A stretch of 64,000 nucleotides of DNA from Podarcis cretensis (lineage: Eukaryota). Position 1 is the stretch's first letter. The number at the start of each line of letters is the position of its first letter. The position numbers and the translations under genes are program-made. The notes beneath the pieces are model-generated. The model was given only the letters and a program-made list of their open reading frames with translations, had not been told where the DNA came from and searched no databases. This document shows positions 39,294-53,102 of this stretch, piece after piece. The DNA lies in assembly GCA_951804945.1 (NCBI GenBank), contig OX638149.1, positions 67,394,001 through 67,458,000 on the forward strand, written 5' to 3'.

Positions 39294-39519
39294 TAAGAGT
39301 TGTCAGAGGACAAGCACTGATGAAAATAGATCCCTAGTGACTGTAACAGTAACACAATGAAAATACAATTCTTAAGATGTTTAACAACATTAAGTGTACA
39401 ATTCCAAGGAAATTATATATATTCATTTGTTTTATTTGTAACTCTGTGGTTTACGACACACAATTACTGCAGTATCCAATGAAATACAGAAATAACGTTT
39501 CTAAAACCATACTTAACAG

Positions 39520-39661
39520 CAGGCATGTCCAAAGTCCGTTTCGGGGGCCTAATCTGACCTGCAGGTCAGTTTAATCTGGTCCTTGTGGCAGTTTATTTCG
39601 TAGGGTAAAACCTCAACAACTTCAATCCTAAAAAAGGTCAAAAAAAGTTTGGACACCACTG
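39520..39661. mobile_element. hAT MITE (142 bp)
   Basis: Imperfect TIRs CAGGCATGTCCAAA / TTTGGACACCACTG; 8-bp TSD cttaacag. Confidence 0.85.
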
Positions 39662-41337
39662 CTTAACAGCATTAACTTTTTAACTTGACAAAACTGTGAT
39701 ATCCATGTCTTGCCCACATTTTTTACTGTATCGCAAAATCCTGAATGAATGAAAACACCTTAAAACGGTTTCAGAAGGCCAGCAATGAGGGGGACAGTTT
39801 AATTTCTAAAGGGAGGAGTTTAAAAGGTGGGTCGTCATCTTGGAGAAGGTCCTTTTCTGTGCTGCTGCAGAATTTAACTTACCCATAGGAGAAACCAGAA
39901 ACAGAGCATCTCTCACTGATCTCCAGGCTTGGGTTGGCACATACATGTTTATAGTATAAACATAGAAGAAGATAATGGAGCAGAGGCAAAATGATAGTTT
40001 CAGGTTTGTTGTTCTTATCTGACAGATAATAAGGCAGGTTGTTGTGGAAAGAAGGAAAGGGTCTTTTATTTGTTGTATATATTTCTCTGTTGGATATCTA
40101 AGAGACTTTAGTTGCCAGAGGAAGGGACAACATTTGAGTGGCTTTTTTCAGGATATATTAAGGTTCTGGGGTTCAGGTGGTGCAAATATGCTCAAAATAT
40201 TTCAACTTCTACCACAGAAAAAATTGTAAAGGAGCAACGTATATGTAGGCGCTAAAGCTTATTTAATTCTGCACAGTTGTCTGTTTGGGTGAGGTGGGAT
40301 TGGGAGAAAGCAGTTCTGTAATTTTCCAAATTAATGAGTGAAAAAGTGGGTGAAATTCCTGGTTCTGATGAGAACTGTGGCTGCTGTTCAATCTCACAAA
40401 AGATCAAGGAGTCCATCAAGGGCCATGTGTGCTGGTAAGGATGCAGTAGGAGCATGACTGGTGTTGGCTTTACAACTGTTTTGGCACCAGGTGAAAACCT
40501 GCCTATTTGTTGAGACGTTTGAAAGTTGTCCATTCTAAAGCTGGTTATTTTAGTCTGCTCCTTTAGTGTGTGTTGTTTTATTTGTTGTGTGCTGTATTTT
40601 TCTGTGTGAAAATGGGGCAATGTGGTTGTGGTTCTGTTTGTTTCTCATACATTCCCCCCCCCCTCCTGGAATGGAAGCTCCTGGGTCCGGTCTCTTGCTT
40701 AACTAGGGTATGGTCAAACAATAGAACTAAGTAGCTAGCTTTTAACGTATATGGAAATAGCAAGTTTCATTCCACCAGGGTGCAGAAGCTGATACAAATT
40801 TCATTAATATATTACCTAACAAAGAATACTGAGACAACTTACAAAGCCAGGCCAAAGCCAAGATCATCCATGTAACCTGGAGTTCTTTCAGAAAATCTTT
40901 TTGATGTTTTCAGATTATTTAGTGAACTATGAGGGAGGTGACCACAAGGCTTGGGACATTCCTGTGTATAAGCCAGCACTTCCTCAGGCTGTCCACAGTT
41001 GTGTCCCATTCAGCTGCATTCTCCATACCTAGTTCCAGGTACAGCAGGTTTGTTGACTTTCCCAGGGGGTCCAGTGGATGGGAAAAGGACCTCCTTCTAC
41101 TCACCCCCCCCCCGTCCTTTCCTCCTCTTCCTCCAGCCATCTATGTATGCTTAGTTACTCTTGTGGAGCAGGATTTGCAGGGCTAAGTGTAGATTGATAT
41201 TTTACTAGTCATTTATGGAGCTCTCTCTGAGGTTCTCAATTCTCAACTCTAAATAGCCCAGCTTAAATTGATTAGCCTTGAGAAAGAAAGGTATGTGACA
41301 TTCAGATGCATGCTATTTTTCTGTGTGCTTTTTTCAG

Positions 41338-41557
41338 GTCGAAGTTCTGGAACAGTCAAACAATGTGACAGTTGGTTACTATGTAACTCACGAGAGTCTG
41401 GTTTTTATACCTGCTGTGGTTATTGAGATGTTAATTGCATATGGTGTGAGTAATGCCACCTTGGATATTAAGCAACATGTGCCAAATCTTCATTCTGTTG
41501 CTGTCTTAGCCTTGCCATGGGACCCACTGCCAGCTTACCACTTTCAGCTGAAAACAG
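41338..41557 (+). CDS. KIAA1549L: KIAA1549L exon VEVLEQSNNVTVGYY…PAYHFQLKT
   Basis: Acceptor ttttcag|GTC; non-canonical donor ACAG|gcaagt; 220 nt, phase 0-1. Within ORF 41323-41568. Confidence 0.9.
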
Positions 41558-42558
41558 GCAAGTCATAAACACACAGCTTTGTATAAATCCCTACTGTAAG
41601 TGTCCTGGCATCCGCAAAAATATTGTTTGGATTCAACGGGGATGAAATAATCCAAGATGTCACTTGATGAAATAAATCTTAGTTGATTAATTGTAAGAGG
41701 TTTAATAAAATTTGCTGAAATTTATGCATGAAATAAGAGGTCTCAAGCGATAGCACACTTTGCCTCTGTATGCATCAAAGCAGGCATCATTTTAGTTGAA
41801 GCATTCCTTATTGTGTGAGAGCGAAGAGGGAACAACTGTCTTAAAATGGTGTTTGGCACCTACGGTGTTACTTAGTATATGCATTAATAATGTACTTCTG
41901 CTGTCAGATTTCAGTATTTTTCCAGCTGATCATGAGTTTTCAGCCACACACTTATCAATGTGAGCCTTCCCTTCACATTTTATGGCAGGGGTGGGCAACC
42001 TGCAGTCCATAGCTTAAGTCCATCAGTGGTCTCCATTTGGCCCATGAGGCTGTTGCTCCCAAACCATGCCTACCTGCATCACACCATAAATTATATATGA
42101 TGTCAGGTACAGGGCAGGTGGAGACACGGTTGCCAGGGCACAAGCAGGAGCCTTAAAAAGCAAACCCAATCAGGCACTGGGGAAGGAGGCTTGCTCTTGC
42201 TGTCAGTCACCTGGGATTGATAATGGGAAGGAATTAACTACACCAGGGCTGGTATAGCTAAGGGCCTGTCTTTGGACAAGTTGAGAGAATGAAATGGCTT
42301 AAGATCCTTCTGACCCACTTGTTGGGAACATGCTTTATATGGGCAAATCAGGAATCCACATGGGTGGAAGAATCAACCCATTGTCTGGAATGGACTGAAA
42401 AAGGGACAATAACTTATTACCAAAAGGCTACCACTCCCACCTCCTGCCCTGACTGCCCTGAGGACCTCTTCCCTCTTTCCTTCATATGCAGGATTGGTCT
42501 ACTCAAAAGGGAAATAATGTATTTATATTCACTAAACACTTGGCTATTCTTCATCTAG

Positions 42559-42692
42559 AACTGCAGTTTGTGGGTCAATCTGACAACATACAGTCATGCA
42601 GATTTGTTCAGACCATGGAACAAAGATTGCAGAAAGCATTTCAGGATGCTGAGAGAAAGGTCTTGAACACCAGTAGCAAGTTAACTGTTCAG
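42559..42692 (+). CDS. KIAA1549L: KIAA1549L exon (E)LQFVGQSDNIQSCRF…KLTVQ
   Basis: Acceptor catctag|AA, donor CAG|gtaata; 134 nt, phase 1-0. Confidence 0.92.
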
Positions 42693-45071
42693 GTAATATT
42701 CTTTAACTTTATTAGTCACCTTTTATGGGTTATGCCTGTAATACTTTGCAAAACTTTTATTAAACATGTTGTTATTGTTATAACTGCATATCCAATATGA
42801 AAATATTTTATATTTGTTATTTTGTTAATAGCTCAATGATTCTTATGGCTACATCTGCTGCAACTGCTGTATAAACAAGCCTAGCATTTATCATCTGTGC
42901 TTTTTTTTTTAACAGAACCAGACACCAAATTGTAAACCTTTCAGATTAAGTTAATTTTGTAAACATAATGTGAAATGGAATGTGCCTTGTTTACTCATGT
43001 TAATAAAGATATTTATTTTTCCAGAAGTTGAAAGGCACAATTATAAGTAGTCATATTGGCCCCAATCAACTATAGTACATATATATATATGCCGTTTTTT
43101 TAATGCAACAAGGGATGTATACATGCCAACAGGCTTCTACCTCTATCATTCTAAATGGAAATTATATCAGGATAAAGCAGCATTGTAAACTGCTGTTCAT
43201 TTATCAAAAATGTCTGTTCCATGTCAACATGTCCCCACCAGCTTTTCAGTTTGATATGCCATTTCATAATTACATGAGATTGCCCTACGTTTCTTAGCTC
43301 TTTAGAAAGCACTGGCATTGCAGATAAGTGGCCAAATGATTTTTTTAAGAGTCCTAACCTCACTGCATACCAGACATGCACAGCTTGTGCCCTACAATAA
43401 TCAAAATCAGGAAGACCTTGGTAGGCTGGGCTATGTGGCTGGTATGTTTTATTGGTAGGTCATAAACAGAACAGAACTGGACTATACATTAGAATGAGCA
43501 AGAAGAGATGCAGCAATAGGTCAGGGAGAAATTGTTTTCAACTATGCTAGCAGAAAAAAATAGCTTCAAAGTTTATTAGTGGGTACTTGTACCATTTTGT
43601 CATGGACTGGAATGGAGTAAATGGCTTATTGGTATCATAGTGGAAACAGACCTGCCTTTTAAGTTCACCAAATCTATTTTAGTTACTTGATTAAATATTG
43701 CATTCAATGAAATTTTTGCTCTAGTGCAAGGATTAGCACCAGTATAACAGGATCCGCCCCCCTTTCCATGTGCCCTGCACTACCCCCAGATCTGCTCTGG
43801 AGAATTGGGGGAACCCCCAGGACAGATTTAGGGACTGCTGGGAGGAGAGGTTGTGCGGATGGAATGTTCCCTTTAGTGCTGCGTTGAATACGACCCTCTG
43901 TGTCTGTGGCCAGGGACCTGTGTACTTTCATTTATGTACAGTGCCTAGTATATTTTGGCCCTTTTTTCAAATAACAAAGGTGAAGAAGAGTAATCCTTGC
44001 TCTTTTGCTTTTCCTATGAACATCAAAAAAGATGGAGGCTTTGTCTGCCTAGATATTTGCTGCAGGTCAGTGCAAACTGAATGCACGTGCATTTGACCTG
44101 AGTAACCTGCTCTGTAAGCGTCCGGGGATCTGTGTGGGCATGGCATTGCCTTGTTGAAAATGGCACTAGTCTGAAGACAGGCACGTTTTCTCCACCTCAA
44201 CTTACTGCACCACAAATTTGTGTTGATGAAAGTCCCCTACATGGAATATTGTGACTCACCCATGCATGGAACATGTTGTGTCCTTCTTACCTCGCCTGCT
44301 CTGTCCCTCTTCCACTCTGTTCTCAACTTGACTCAGTTTAAAGGGTTAATTTTTTCAGGCTTTCTCTACCTACACTTTGCACAGTTGCGCAACCCTTTAA
44401 TAAAAGATGGGATCCCAATGCGATGAATGTTCAGAACGTTGAAAGTGAGCAGAACTTTGTATTCTGGAAATCCAGCCAAACCTGTGCATACCTGCAAACA
44501 CATCAGCACTTTGTTATTAAGATATAGAATATGCTTCTAAGACAGGAAGAAGCATGCAACAAACATGCTGTAAGCAAGAAGCAATGCAGATGTGCCTTTA
44601 ATTCTTGTCCATGGAATATAGGCAAGTGCTTCTAGTTTGATGTTTTAGGTCAAAGCTATAGTTGAGGCAGGTACCTTTCCCCCCAATACAACCCTGTAAT
44701 GAGCATGGTACACAGCCCATACTTGTCCTATGCCTATCCTTATCAGACATGTGGACTGGTTGTACATATGGAATACAGATTTGTAGGATTATGCTGGTTC
44801 TGAATGGTGAAACAGCACCTTCTGAAATGAAAGCTATCAGAGTTAGCCCTCCTTTGTCCTGGAGTGGAAATACTCTTTTCCTCTTGACTGCTTCTGTAAC
44901 AAAGTTGGATAGTCTAGCCAAAGAGTTAAAACACCCACAAGCATGTGTGTTTAACAATGACAGCATGATTAACATTTTTCTTTGCCATGTGCACTAATGT
45001 AATAATATGCAGAAAACAAGTTATGTCAAAATGAAGCTACCGGCTGTTTCTCCACTTTGGTCTTGTTTCAG

Positions 45072-45234
45072 ATACTGAGCACATCAAATGTTTCTCAAGC
45101 TGTAACTCTCTTTTATGTGGTGAAAAATGAAAGCACAGTCTTAAACGGCACCGTGTCAAGCAACCTTCTCAATCATCTTTCAGCAGAATTGGTGGGATTC
45201 TATCTCACCTACCCACCTCTGACCATTGCTGAAG
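45072..45234 (+). CDS. KIAA1549L: KIAA1549L exon ILSTSNVSQAVTL…YPPLTIAE
   Basis: Acceptor tgtttcag|ATA, donor GAAG|gtaagc; 163 nt, phase 0-1. Confidence 0.93.
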
Positions 45235-45386
45235 GTAAGCCTGCAAGGTGATCAAATTATTTGCATTCTTTTGGTCTTTGCTAGTCGACACTTTAAAAAA
45301 CATTCCCATTGGAAGTTAAGCACCACAGCCTTTTCTGCTCCAAATATTTCTCCTGTGTAACAAGTGGTTCCTATATCCATCTAGAC

Positions 45387-45736
45387 CAGGGGTCGGCAAC
45401 CTAAGGCCCATGGGCCACAAGCGGCCCATGGGGGTTGTTTAACCGGCCCATGGAGCCCCGCCACCTGCTCAGGGACCCTTGCCAACTACTCGGTTGGCTC
45501 CTGTGCGCTGTGCTAAACCGGCGCAGAGCCGAGTGGGGACCTCCTTCCACGATGCTGGCCGGCTTCCCATTGGCTGCAGGAAGCTCCTGCAGCCAATGGG
45601 AAGCTGTGCACGCCTCCTCCGCGCCGGAAGGAGCGCTGGAAATAGCGCGTGCGTGCATGTGAGCATACACACCGCAGCCCACCGCGGCATCTGTGGGACT
45701 GTACCAGCCCAAGCCACGAAAACTTTGCCGACCCCG
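45387..45736. mobile_element. hAT-Charlie-like non-autonomous element (350 bp), young
   Basis: TIRs CAGGGGTCGGCAA / TTGCCGACCCCG; 8-bp TSD atctagac (NTCTAGAN-type target); GC and CpG rich. Confidence 0.92.
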
Positions 45737-47065
45737 ATCTAGACTATGATGCTTCCTTTCTTAAAAGAAGCTCAGATCAGAAAAAAAGTAAAAAACCATG
45801 GTTGAAGTGCACCTCAGAAGGAAAACAGCTGGTTACTCATACTGTTATGAACCACCAATATAGAGTATTTTGTGATATTAGCTCTTCATTAAATGACTGA
45901 CTTTTTTGGTGGACTGTGTCTGTGGCCAAGATTTTCTTTAAAGTAGTGAACAGATAAATTAAAAACCTAGGGTAGGGATCTGAAAAAAATGCTGCACCGT
46001 GCTTCTTGCAACAAAATAAAATCCTGTGCAGTACACAGACGGTAAAAATATGAAAGCCATGTGGCCAAGAAAATAAGTGACTTAAAATGCCAGGTGGACA
46101 GCCATCCAGTGTACACCAGAGGTCCAGTTTCTGATTATGACCCCTCAAAATAAGGCGATGCTAGATGGAATTGTGAGGTGAGAAGGCCATTGCTGTTTCA
46201 CTACATAAACAAGACAACTAACTGGGTAAGGGAGCCCATAATGCCATTCTCCAAAGAATTCACAATAAAGCAGAAATATGACTTGGGGTAATGAAGAAGG
46301 GAGCACAAACATAAAGGCAAACAGTTTTAAAAAGGACCACTCTTGATGGTCATATATACATTTTATTCTCTTTGCCTCATGTTTGCAGTGGAAATATGCA
46401 ATAGGCTGTCAGGACGAGCTTGCAAAGTTTTCTTCTATAAAAGCAGTTTGAGGATGGATGCATCTTGTAATTCAGCCTCTAGGCTGAACTGAACCCTCCT
46501 GACTGCTATTTATTCTGTCTGATAGCTATATTCTATATTTCCACGGCTTACCGTTTAAAGATCCGGTGTCTTCCTAGATAAAAAGCTGACAAAAGTGTAT
46601 TGTGAAATGAATGCTAAAACACCATTTGAAGAAAATAATCATTCATGATCCTGCTTTGATTTGCTTACCCCCTCACTGGTTAGCAGTTACATGAAACATT
46701 CTTCCGAAGCTTCTTGTGTGAGTAACTGTAAATCAGTCTAACCCTTGGTGATCAAAGATCCATAGTGCAGCCAGAACAACAGAGGGATGGATATGTATTC
46801 AGAAGTTCCCGGGCTTGCTTTGTAAAACCAGCGCTCCCAGGGCTGAAGCCTGCCTTCACACTGCTCTTACACTCGTGACACTGCAAGTCCTGCCCTGTAA
46901 TTTCAGGAACACAAAACCTAGTTGCAGTTAATCATAGTGAGTAGGAACTGGGAACATAATCAGTCTTTGTTTATTGATGTTCTTTTCTGTTTATAGTTAT
47001 AAAAATCAGTTTTGGAAATGTGACATAAATTTTGTATATAATTCTTTTCTTCTTTTGTTTCAAAG

Positions 47066-47125
47066 CTTTGGAATATCCAAATCTTGACACTTCAGAAGCA
47101 ACTAGAGACTACTGGGTTATTACAG
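47066..47125 (+). CDS. KIAA1549L: KIAA1549L exon (A)LEYPNLDTSEATRDYWVIT
   Basis: Polypyrimidine tract plus caaag|CT acceptor, donor ACAG|gtaaat; 60 nt, phase 1-1. Confidence 0.9.
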
Positions 47126-47320
47126 GTAAATGCTTGCATTTTTTTAAAGGAAAAAAATCATCCGCTGTCTTTTCCATGATTTATTCTGAATTATGTTCCA
47201 CTTTGAATTCTATTATTATAATTATTATTATGAAAAGGATTTTTTTTTTTACCTGCTAATGAATTTGGGATTTTCAGTGACTCACAGCTTCTATAGTTGC
47301 TATGTGTTGTTTGAAGCGCT

Positions 47321-47438
47321 CATAGAATTGTAGAGTTAGAAGAGACCCCCAGGGTTACCTTGTCCAACCCCTTGCAATGCAGGAATTCTGCCCACAGCTG
47401 TCCCTAGGTGGGCTCAAACCACCAACCTTCTGGTTAAC
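47321..47438 (-). mobile_element. tRNA-derived SINE with CR1-type 3' end
   Basis: Reverse complement shows a B-box-like GGTTTGAGCCC followed by the CR1 terminus (…TTCTAACTCTACAATTCTATG). Confidence 0.7.
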
Positions 47439-48753
47439 ACGCAAGACATACTGATGAGCAGGTCTGCTGCCAGCTTGTAGGAATGCCTGCTGGTGGTCTC
47501 ATGTTATGCTGCTTTATTTGTAATTAAAGCAAATATTGTGGCATCTCTCCTCCAAGGGGAACTAAAAACTGCAACCCTGCCGCCAACAACAACAACAACA
47601 ACTCGGAGATTGTGTAGGTATTGTGCAGCAACAGGGCTTTATTTTGCATCTGTTTGGCACTATTTATATAGTTATGCTGAGGTTTATTCAGTAAAGGAAT
47701 CAAAATTGGCTCTGCAGCACCTGCGCTACTTGGAAAATATTCCTTTAAGCTAGAACTACGTCCATAGTTCTTGGTTCCACAAGTTAAAATAGGCACTGTA
47801 CTTTGTAATGGAGCCTGATTAACTTTCTCTTTTCCATGCACCAACATGAATTCAGGCCACTTCTATGAGGGCCAAGTGTTTCCTATGCTCTTATGACTCT
47901 TATGACCAAACATGCTTGAAATCCTAGTACCACAACTGCCTTCTCTTCAGGAGTCCACTTCCAGTTCTGTGGCCCTCTGTGGATTTTTGCCTCTCAGCTG
48001 TCCTGTAAAGACCGTTTCCTCTGCCCCAGTTCTTTTGCTCTTTTTCCTGTCTCATATTGATTGCCAACCTGGCCACCTCTAGATGGGGACTGGAGTTGCA
48101 GTCTAAAATATCTTGGGGAGTGCCAGGTTGGCAAAGGCTGATCTAGGAGGTGCAGCAGTCTGTGAGGGCTCTCATTTCCAAACATGTCCCATTTTTTGGA
48201 GGTTTGCTGTTTTGAATACAGTAATGCAATAGTTCACTTTGGCTTCAATACACCTCTCAGTGTTCGTGTGCACATGCGTGCACATAAGTGGATGTGCATA
48301 TATTTTCTGGAAACTAATTTCATCATTGGTGAAGAACAGTGCTTAATGAGAAAATGTTTAAGGCAGGGATATGTTAATAATCCACACAATTCACAGGAGT
48401 TTAGAAAGCAGGAGGAGACCAGCTGATCAGAAGCAAAGGGGTTTGTGCTGTGGAATGAAAAGTTAGGTTAAGTATTTGGAGAAAAAAACTTCTATCTGTA
48501 AGAGCAGCTCAATAATGAAATAAGCTGCCCTATGGGGCGAACTTATGAAACTTGCCTGCTTGACAGTTTTCAGGAAAAAAACCTGTTTCACAGGCAATCT
48601 GCAGGTTTAGGATAACCAGTCTTTGAAAAGGAGGTTGGATTAGGTGACCCAATTTGTTTTTCTCAGCTCCATAGCTGTACATGTCCCTGCAGCTCAGATG
48701 TTGTTATATCTTTAATCAGTTGCTACAGAATTTCCCCCCCATGACTTTCACAG

Positions 48754-48905
48754 TTATACAGGGAGTTGACATTACAATGCTGGGGGTGAATAACCAGAGT
48801 TTTGCAAGACTAATGGAGCAGCGTTTAGCACCACTCTTCATGATGTCCCATCAACAAGGAAGACGATTTAAAAGAGCCACTACAGTCGGCAGCTATACTG
48901 TGCAG
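48754..48905 (+). CDS. KIAA1549L: KIAA1549L exon (V)IQGVDITM…QQGRRFKRATTVGSYTVQ
   Basis: Acceptor ttcacag|TT, donor CAG|gtgggt; 152 nt, phase 1-0. Confidence 0.93.
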
Positions 48906-49294
48906 GTGGGTGCTAAGACCATCCCCCCCCCAAACCCCCCACTTTGCTGGTGTTTTTAACTTGCTGTTACAATCTGTATGTGACGTGTTTGTGTATAATT
49001 TAGAAGCTACTTGGAGGGATGCTGTTAAACGTGTAAATTGGAACAAGCAAATGTTGTTTAACTTCTGTATAAATTACAAAATAATTTCGCAAATAATTAT
49101 TAGCTTCCCCCTCTTCTAATCAAGAATGATATTGAATTAGGTAACACTTTTATCTGTACCAGATCCACTGAAGATTTGTAATGTGACAATATGGAATACT
49201 GAAATGGCCTTTAAATTTGGTTGAAGCTGTTTAAGTCATGCTCAGGGTAGACCCATTAAACCAGTGGGCTTAAATTATTTAAGTCTAGTAGGAT

Positions 49295-49475
49295 CATAGG
49301 GTCTTACACTGGCACAGACCATTGGTCCATCTAGCTCAATACTGTCTACACTGATTCGCAGTGGCCAGGCCAGGTTTTCAGGTAGGGGTGCCTCCCAAAA
49401 TGCCCTGGAGATGCTGGGGGTTAAATTTGGGACTTTCTCAGGAAAGGCAGATGCTCTCCCACCTGAGCTACCCAT
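49295..49475 (-). mobile_element. tRNA-derived squamate SINE, old
   Basis: Reverse complement begins GTAGCTCAGGTGGGAGAGCA (A box) and ends GAGCTAGATGGACCAATGGTCTG; degraded relatives at about 4430-4520 and 52940-53060. Confidence 0.7.
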
Positions 49476-50133
49476 ATCCTAATCCACTGGTTTCAAGGGC
49501 CTTCTCTGAGTATTACTTAGTAGGATGCAACCCATTGTCTCTACCAGATTGTAACCAATGGCTTGGGTTTCCCCCCTTTCCATTTTCTGTGCTGGCAATG
49601 ATTGTGTAAAGGAGCTAGAGAACTAGGCTGAGTGCCTCTCTATTTGGTATGTGTATTCAAGGCCACAAAGTGCAATTTAGTGACTGTTTCAGACACCACT
49701 GGGCAGAAGGGGACAAAGCTGTGGAACTGACATCCCAGCAGTGACAGCACTGCCTCTTATGTGGATGGTATGGGTCTGCCACTCCTGCTACTGGGTTAAT
49801 TATCAGTGGGACAGTATTCCTGAACCCAATGCGTCATTGAGCAGAGTTTGCCAGAGGGAGAAACAAGGCACCCAGAGGGTGGAAACATGGAAGAAGTGTT
49901 GGGCTACCAAGCAAACCTGTGGGATATAAACAGGTTCCCATCGACATGGTTTTTATGCTTCTGCTCAAAACATTCCCCCTTTGAACATTTATGCATACTG
50001 CTGTTTCAATTGAAAACGTATATCTAATTTATCAGTCTATTTCTATGCTAATATTATCCGTTTCGTCATAGATGTGAGTTTATACTATAAATAAGATTCC
50101 CCCTCCCTTTGTCTTTCTCTCTTGTTTGATAAG

Positions 50134-50305
50134 ATGGTAAAAATGCAGCGAATTCCAGGTCCTAAGGACCCTGCTGAATTGACCTATTATACTATATACA
50201 ACGGGAAACCTTTGTTGGGCACTACAGCTGCCAAAATTTTGAGCACTGTTGATTCACAGAGGATGGCCTTGACACTGGGATATGTCGTTCAAGTACAAGC
50301 TGATC
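50134..50305 (+). CDS. KIAA1549L: KIAA1549L exon MVKMQRIPGPKDPAEL…VVQVQAD
   Basis: Polypyrimidine tract plus gataag|ATG acceptor, donor GATC|gtaagg; 172 nt, phase 0-1. Confidence 0.92.
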
Positions 50306-51086
50306 GTAAGGATTCTTTGCTTTGCTTTCAGATAGTTTATTATAATTATTCTGATTGCCTGTTATAATAAAATCAACATGGAGCATCCCCATATGGTGGC
50401 TTATCTACTTTGGTCAGTAACTCTTGTAAATGCTGATTAGCTATGTTTTTCTCTGAATACTTTCTTATGTGCTTTATTAATATGTAGCTTAAATGATAAC
50501 ACAGCTCTCTGGGGATATATATATATATATAATAGCTAAAAGTCATCATCTACTCTAACTGACTCTTCGGTGTTAAGGAGAGAACTAGAGCCGAAGGCAT
50601 GATTTCAAAATAATATCACTTCTTTGCTTTTCATGGCTGCCAGAATGTAGAACTTAAAAGAGATATGTGCTGCTTTAGAATTGTTTCTCTATAGGCTGGT
50701 AGGAAACCATGTTTTCTGAAAGTCTACAAAGGCATTTGAGGTAATATCCCATCCCAACCCTGACCAGATACTGCTTCATGGTCATTTTTTTACTTTACAT
50801 AGTGAATGTAAAATATGAACTGGGTTGGAAGTCTTGATCTGGACGCAGTCCGGCAGTTTTCTAACTCTTCTCTGATTCCCACCCCCAATAACCAGCATCA
50901 ATTGGAGGAAGCAGAGCATGCTAAATACTTGCATAAATATTTAAGTGGGGCATTTGTTGCTGCTTCATACACATCCCATTAGAATTAATGGACATCAAAC
51001 AGCAGTGGCATGGGCTGGTTGCTTCCTGTGCTGTAAGCAGTCTGTATCAATCTTTTCATTTTAGCTACTGTATTTAAAATGATTTT

Positions 51087-51445
51087 CCTGGTTCACACAT
51101 CTCATTATGGCAAACCATGGCTTAGGACAAAGTTATGGCCACTTTGCGCCTTGACAGTTATTCTGTTTCTGCGTTGAGACTAAGTCATGGTCTGACTTTG
51201 TGTGTTGGCCAAACTTGAGCTCATGGTTTAGCATTCGCAGAATAACCAAGATCCACAAATGATAGGATAAATCTTGTTGGCAGCTTGCAGTTAGCCTGGA
51301 GTTAGCTAAACAATGACCTGAGTTTGGACAATATAGCATAGCAGCAAATCAACCTGTGAGGAGCAAAGCAGCCACAATCTCCTGTTTTGGAGCTCATTCA
51401 TTTGTGCTAAGCCATGGTTTTGCTTAGTGTGATGTGCAAACCAGG
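51087..51445. mobile_element. Old MITE with about 44-bp imperfect TIRs (possibly PIF/Harbinger-like)
   Basis: cctggttcacacatctcattatggcaaaccatggcttaggacaa versus the reverse complement of ttgtgctaagccatggttttgcttagtgtgatgtgcaaaccagg. Confidence 0.7.
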
Positions 51446-53102
51446 CCTATATTATTTATGTTAGAGCTTAGCTTTTTCCTGCAATTAACAGTTTTCTCAA
51501 ATCAGTGAATGACAACTCTTAAGTGTCCACAAGTATACATTCTGATATAAGTGTAGATCAATATATTGACTGATCACAAACTATTTTTTTTTGCATAAAA
51601 ATTCTTTATGGAAATTCATTAACATCATTACAGATTTAACTTCACACATTCACATACATACTTACAAAGAAAAGAATATTCTTAAATTATTTTACCATAA
51701 GATATTAATTTATACTTCTAATTCCGCTTAGATTTCTACTAAGCTAAGATCCAATAATAATACATAAAATAAAGTAAGATATAACAAAGTAAATTAAATT
51801 AAATGTAGACTTCCCATCATTTCCCCATATAGTTGTCATTTATGATTTTGAATGTACTTATAACTATTACCTTACTCTTAATATACTTTCTAATACTTTC
51901 TTACAACATATCGTACCGATTTTTCTTTAATAAAGAAATAATGAGACAAACTAATCATATAATTGTAGAGTGTAGTCACAGTGGACCATTAGCCCCAAGT
52001 AACTAGTAGGTTTATTATAATTATTATTGACAATATGGAGAAAAGAACCTGTCATAGTTGATCATAAAGGACAAATATGCATGTGTGACTCCAAATGGCA
52101 ACCAAATACTGAAATCCATCCTCCCCTTATGGTTATAATTTTTCATTTATTAAATTGGTTATTCGCCTAATGCTGCAGTCTCTGGCAATGTCCAAAAGAA
52201 TGTTAAAAAGATCACTTATCATTTCTTCTGTAGAGCAGATACCTTGTCGATTGAAGTTTAAATATTAATTGTTCATATTCAGCTTTGTCATGGCTGAAAT
52301 TACACAGATTATTCACAAATAAATTGAAAATTAAAAAATACAATTTCCATCAAACTGTTCAAATATTGGATATTATATAAATTCTTAATTATTTACAGTG
52401 ATTAAGACATCTTTTGGCCAATTCTGGAAATATTAATATTACATTATTGATTTTAAGTATTGCTCCAGATGGAAATAGACCTGCACATCTTTCCAACTTC
52501 TAGTTACTTAAGTGTTATTTTACTAATCATTCATTTATAAATATTATGGCTTGAGTGTTATGGAAAAAAGCAAGGCACTCAATTAGTAGTTTTTAAGTGC
52601 TTGTATGGTGCATGGTGGAGTGGGAAAGGTAACCTCTGCCATAACTGATAAGAATTAGAGCTACAGCTTAAATAACCCATTTATTATCTTGGGTGAAGTG
52701 GGACATTGGAAGCTACTTATACCAAGCTGTACAATTTGTCCATTGAATTCAGTATTATCAAAAGTGATTAGCAGGGGCTTGTCAAATGAAACTTTTGCCT
52801 GCAGAATATGTGATTTACCACTGAACTCTAGCTTTCCCCCTAAGTGACATTGCCCTGATATTTCTCCCATAATAAGCCAAGTCACTCTCGGCACCGTTTT
52901 TCACCATAGCTGATAGTAATGGTTGTCCTCCATAGGTTGTGGTAGAGCACAATTCACATGCTTGAACAGTTGGGGAAAATATCTGCCTACGTGAGACTTT
53001 CTGAGAGCTCCTGCCAAGAGCAAACAGTACTGGACTTGCTGGTCTGACTCATTATAAGATTGCTTTATAAGTTTACTTTCTCTCCTTCTTTATTATATAC
53101 AG

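Noticed and set aside
45401-45900. Cluster of overlapping ORFs
   Set aside because: Result of the GC-rich hAT MITE; no transposase motifs.
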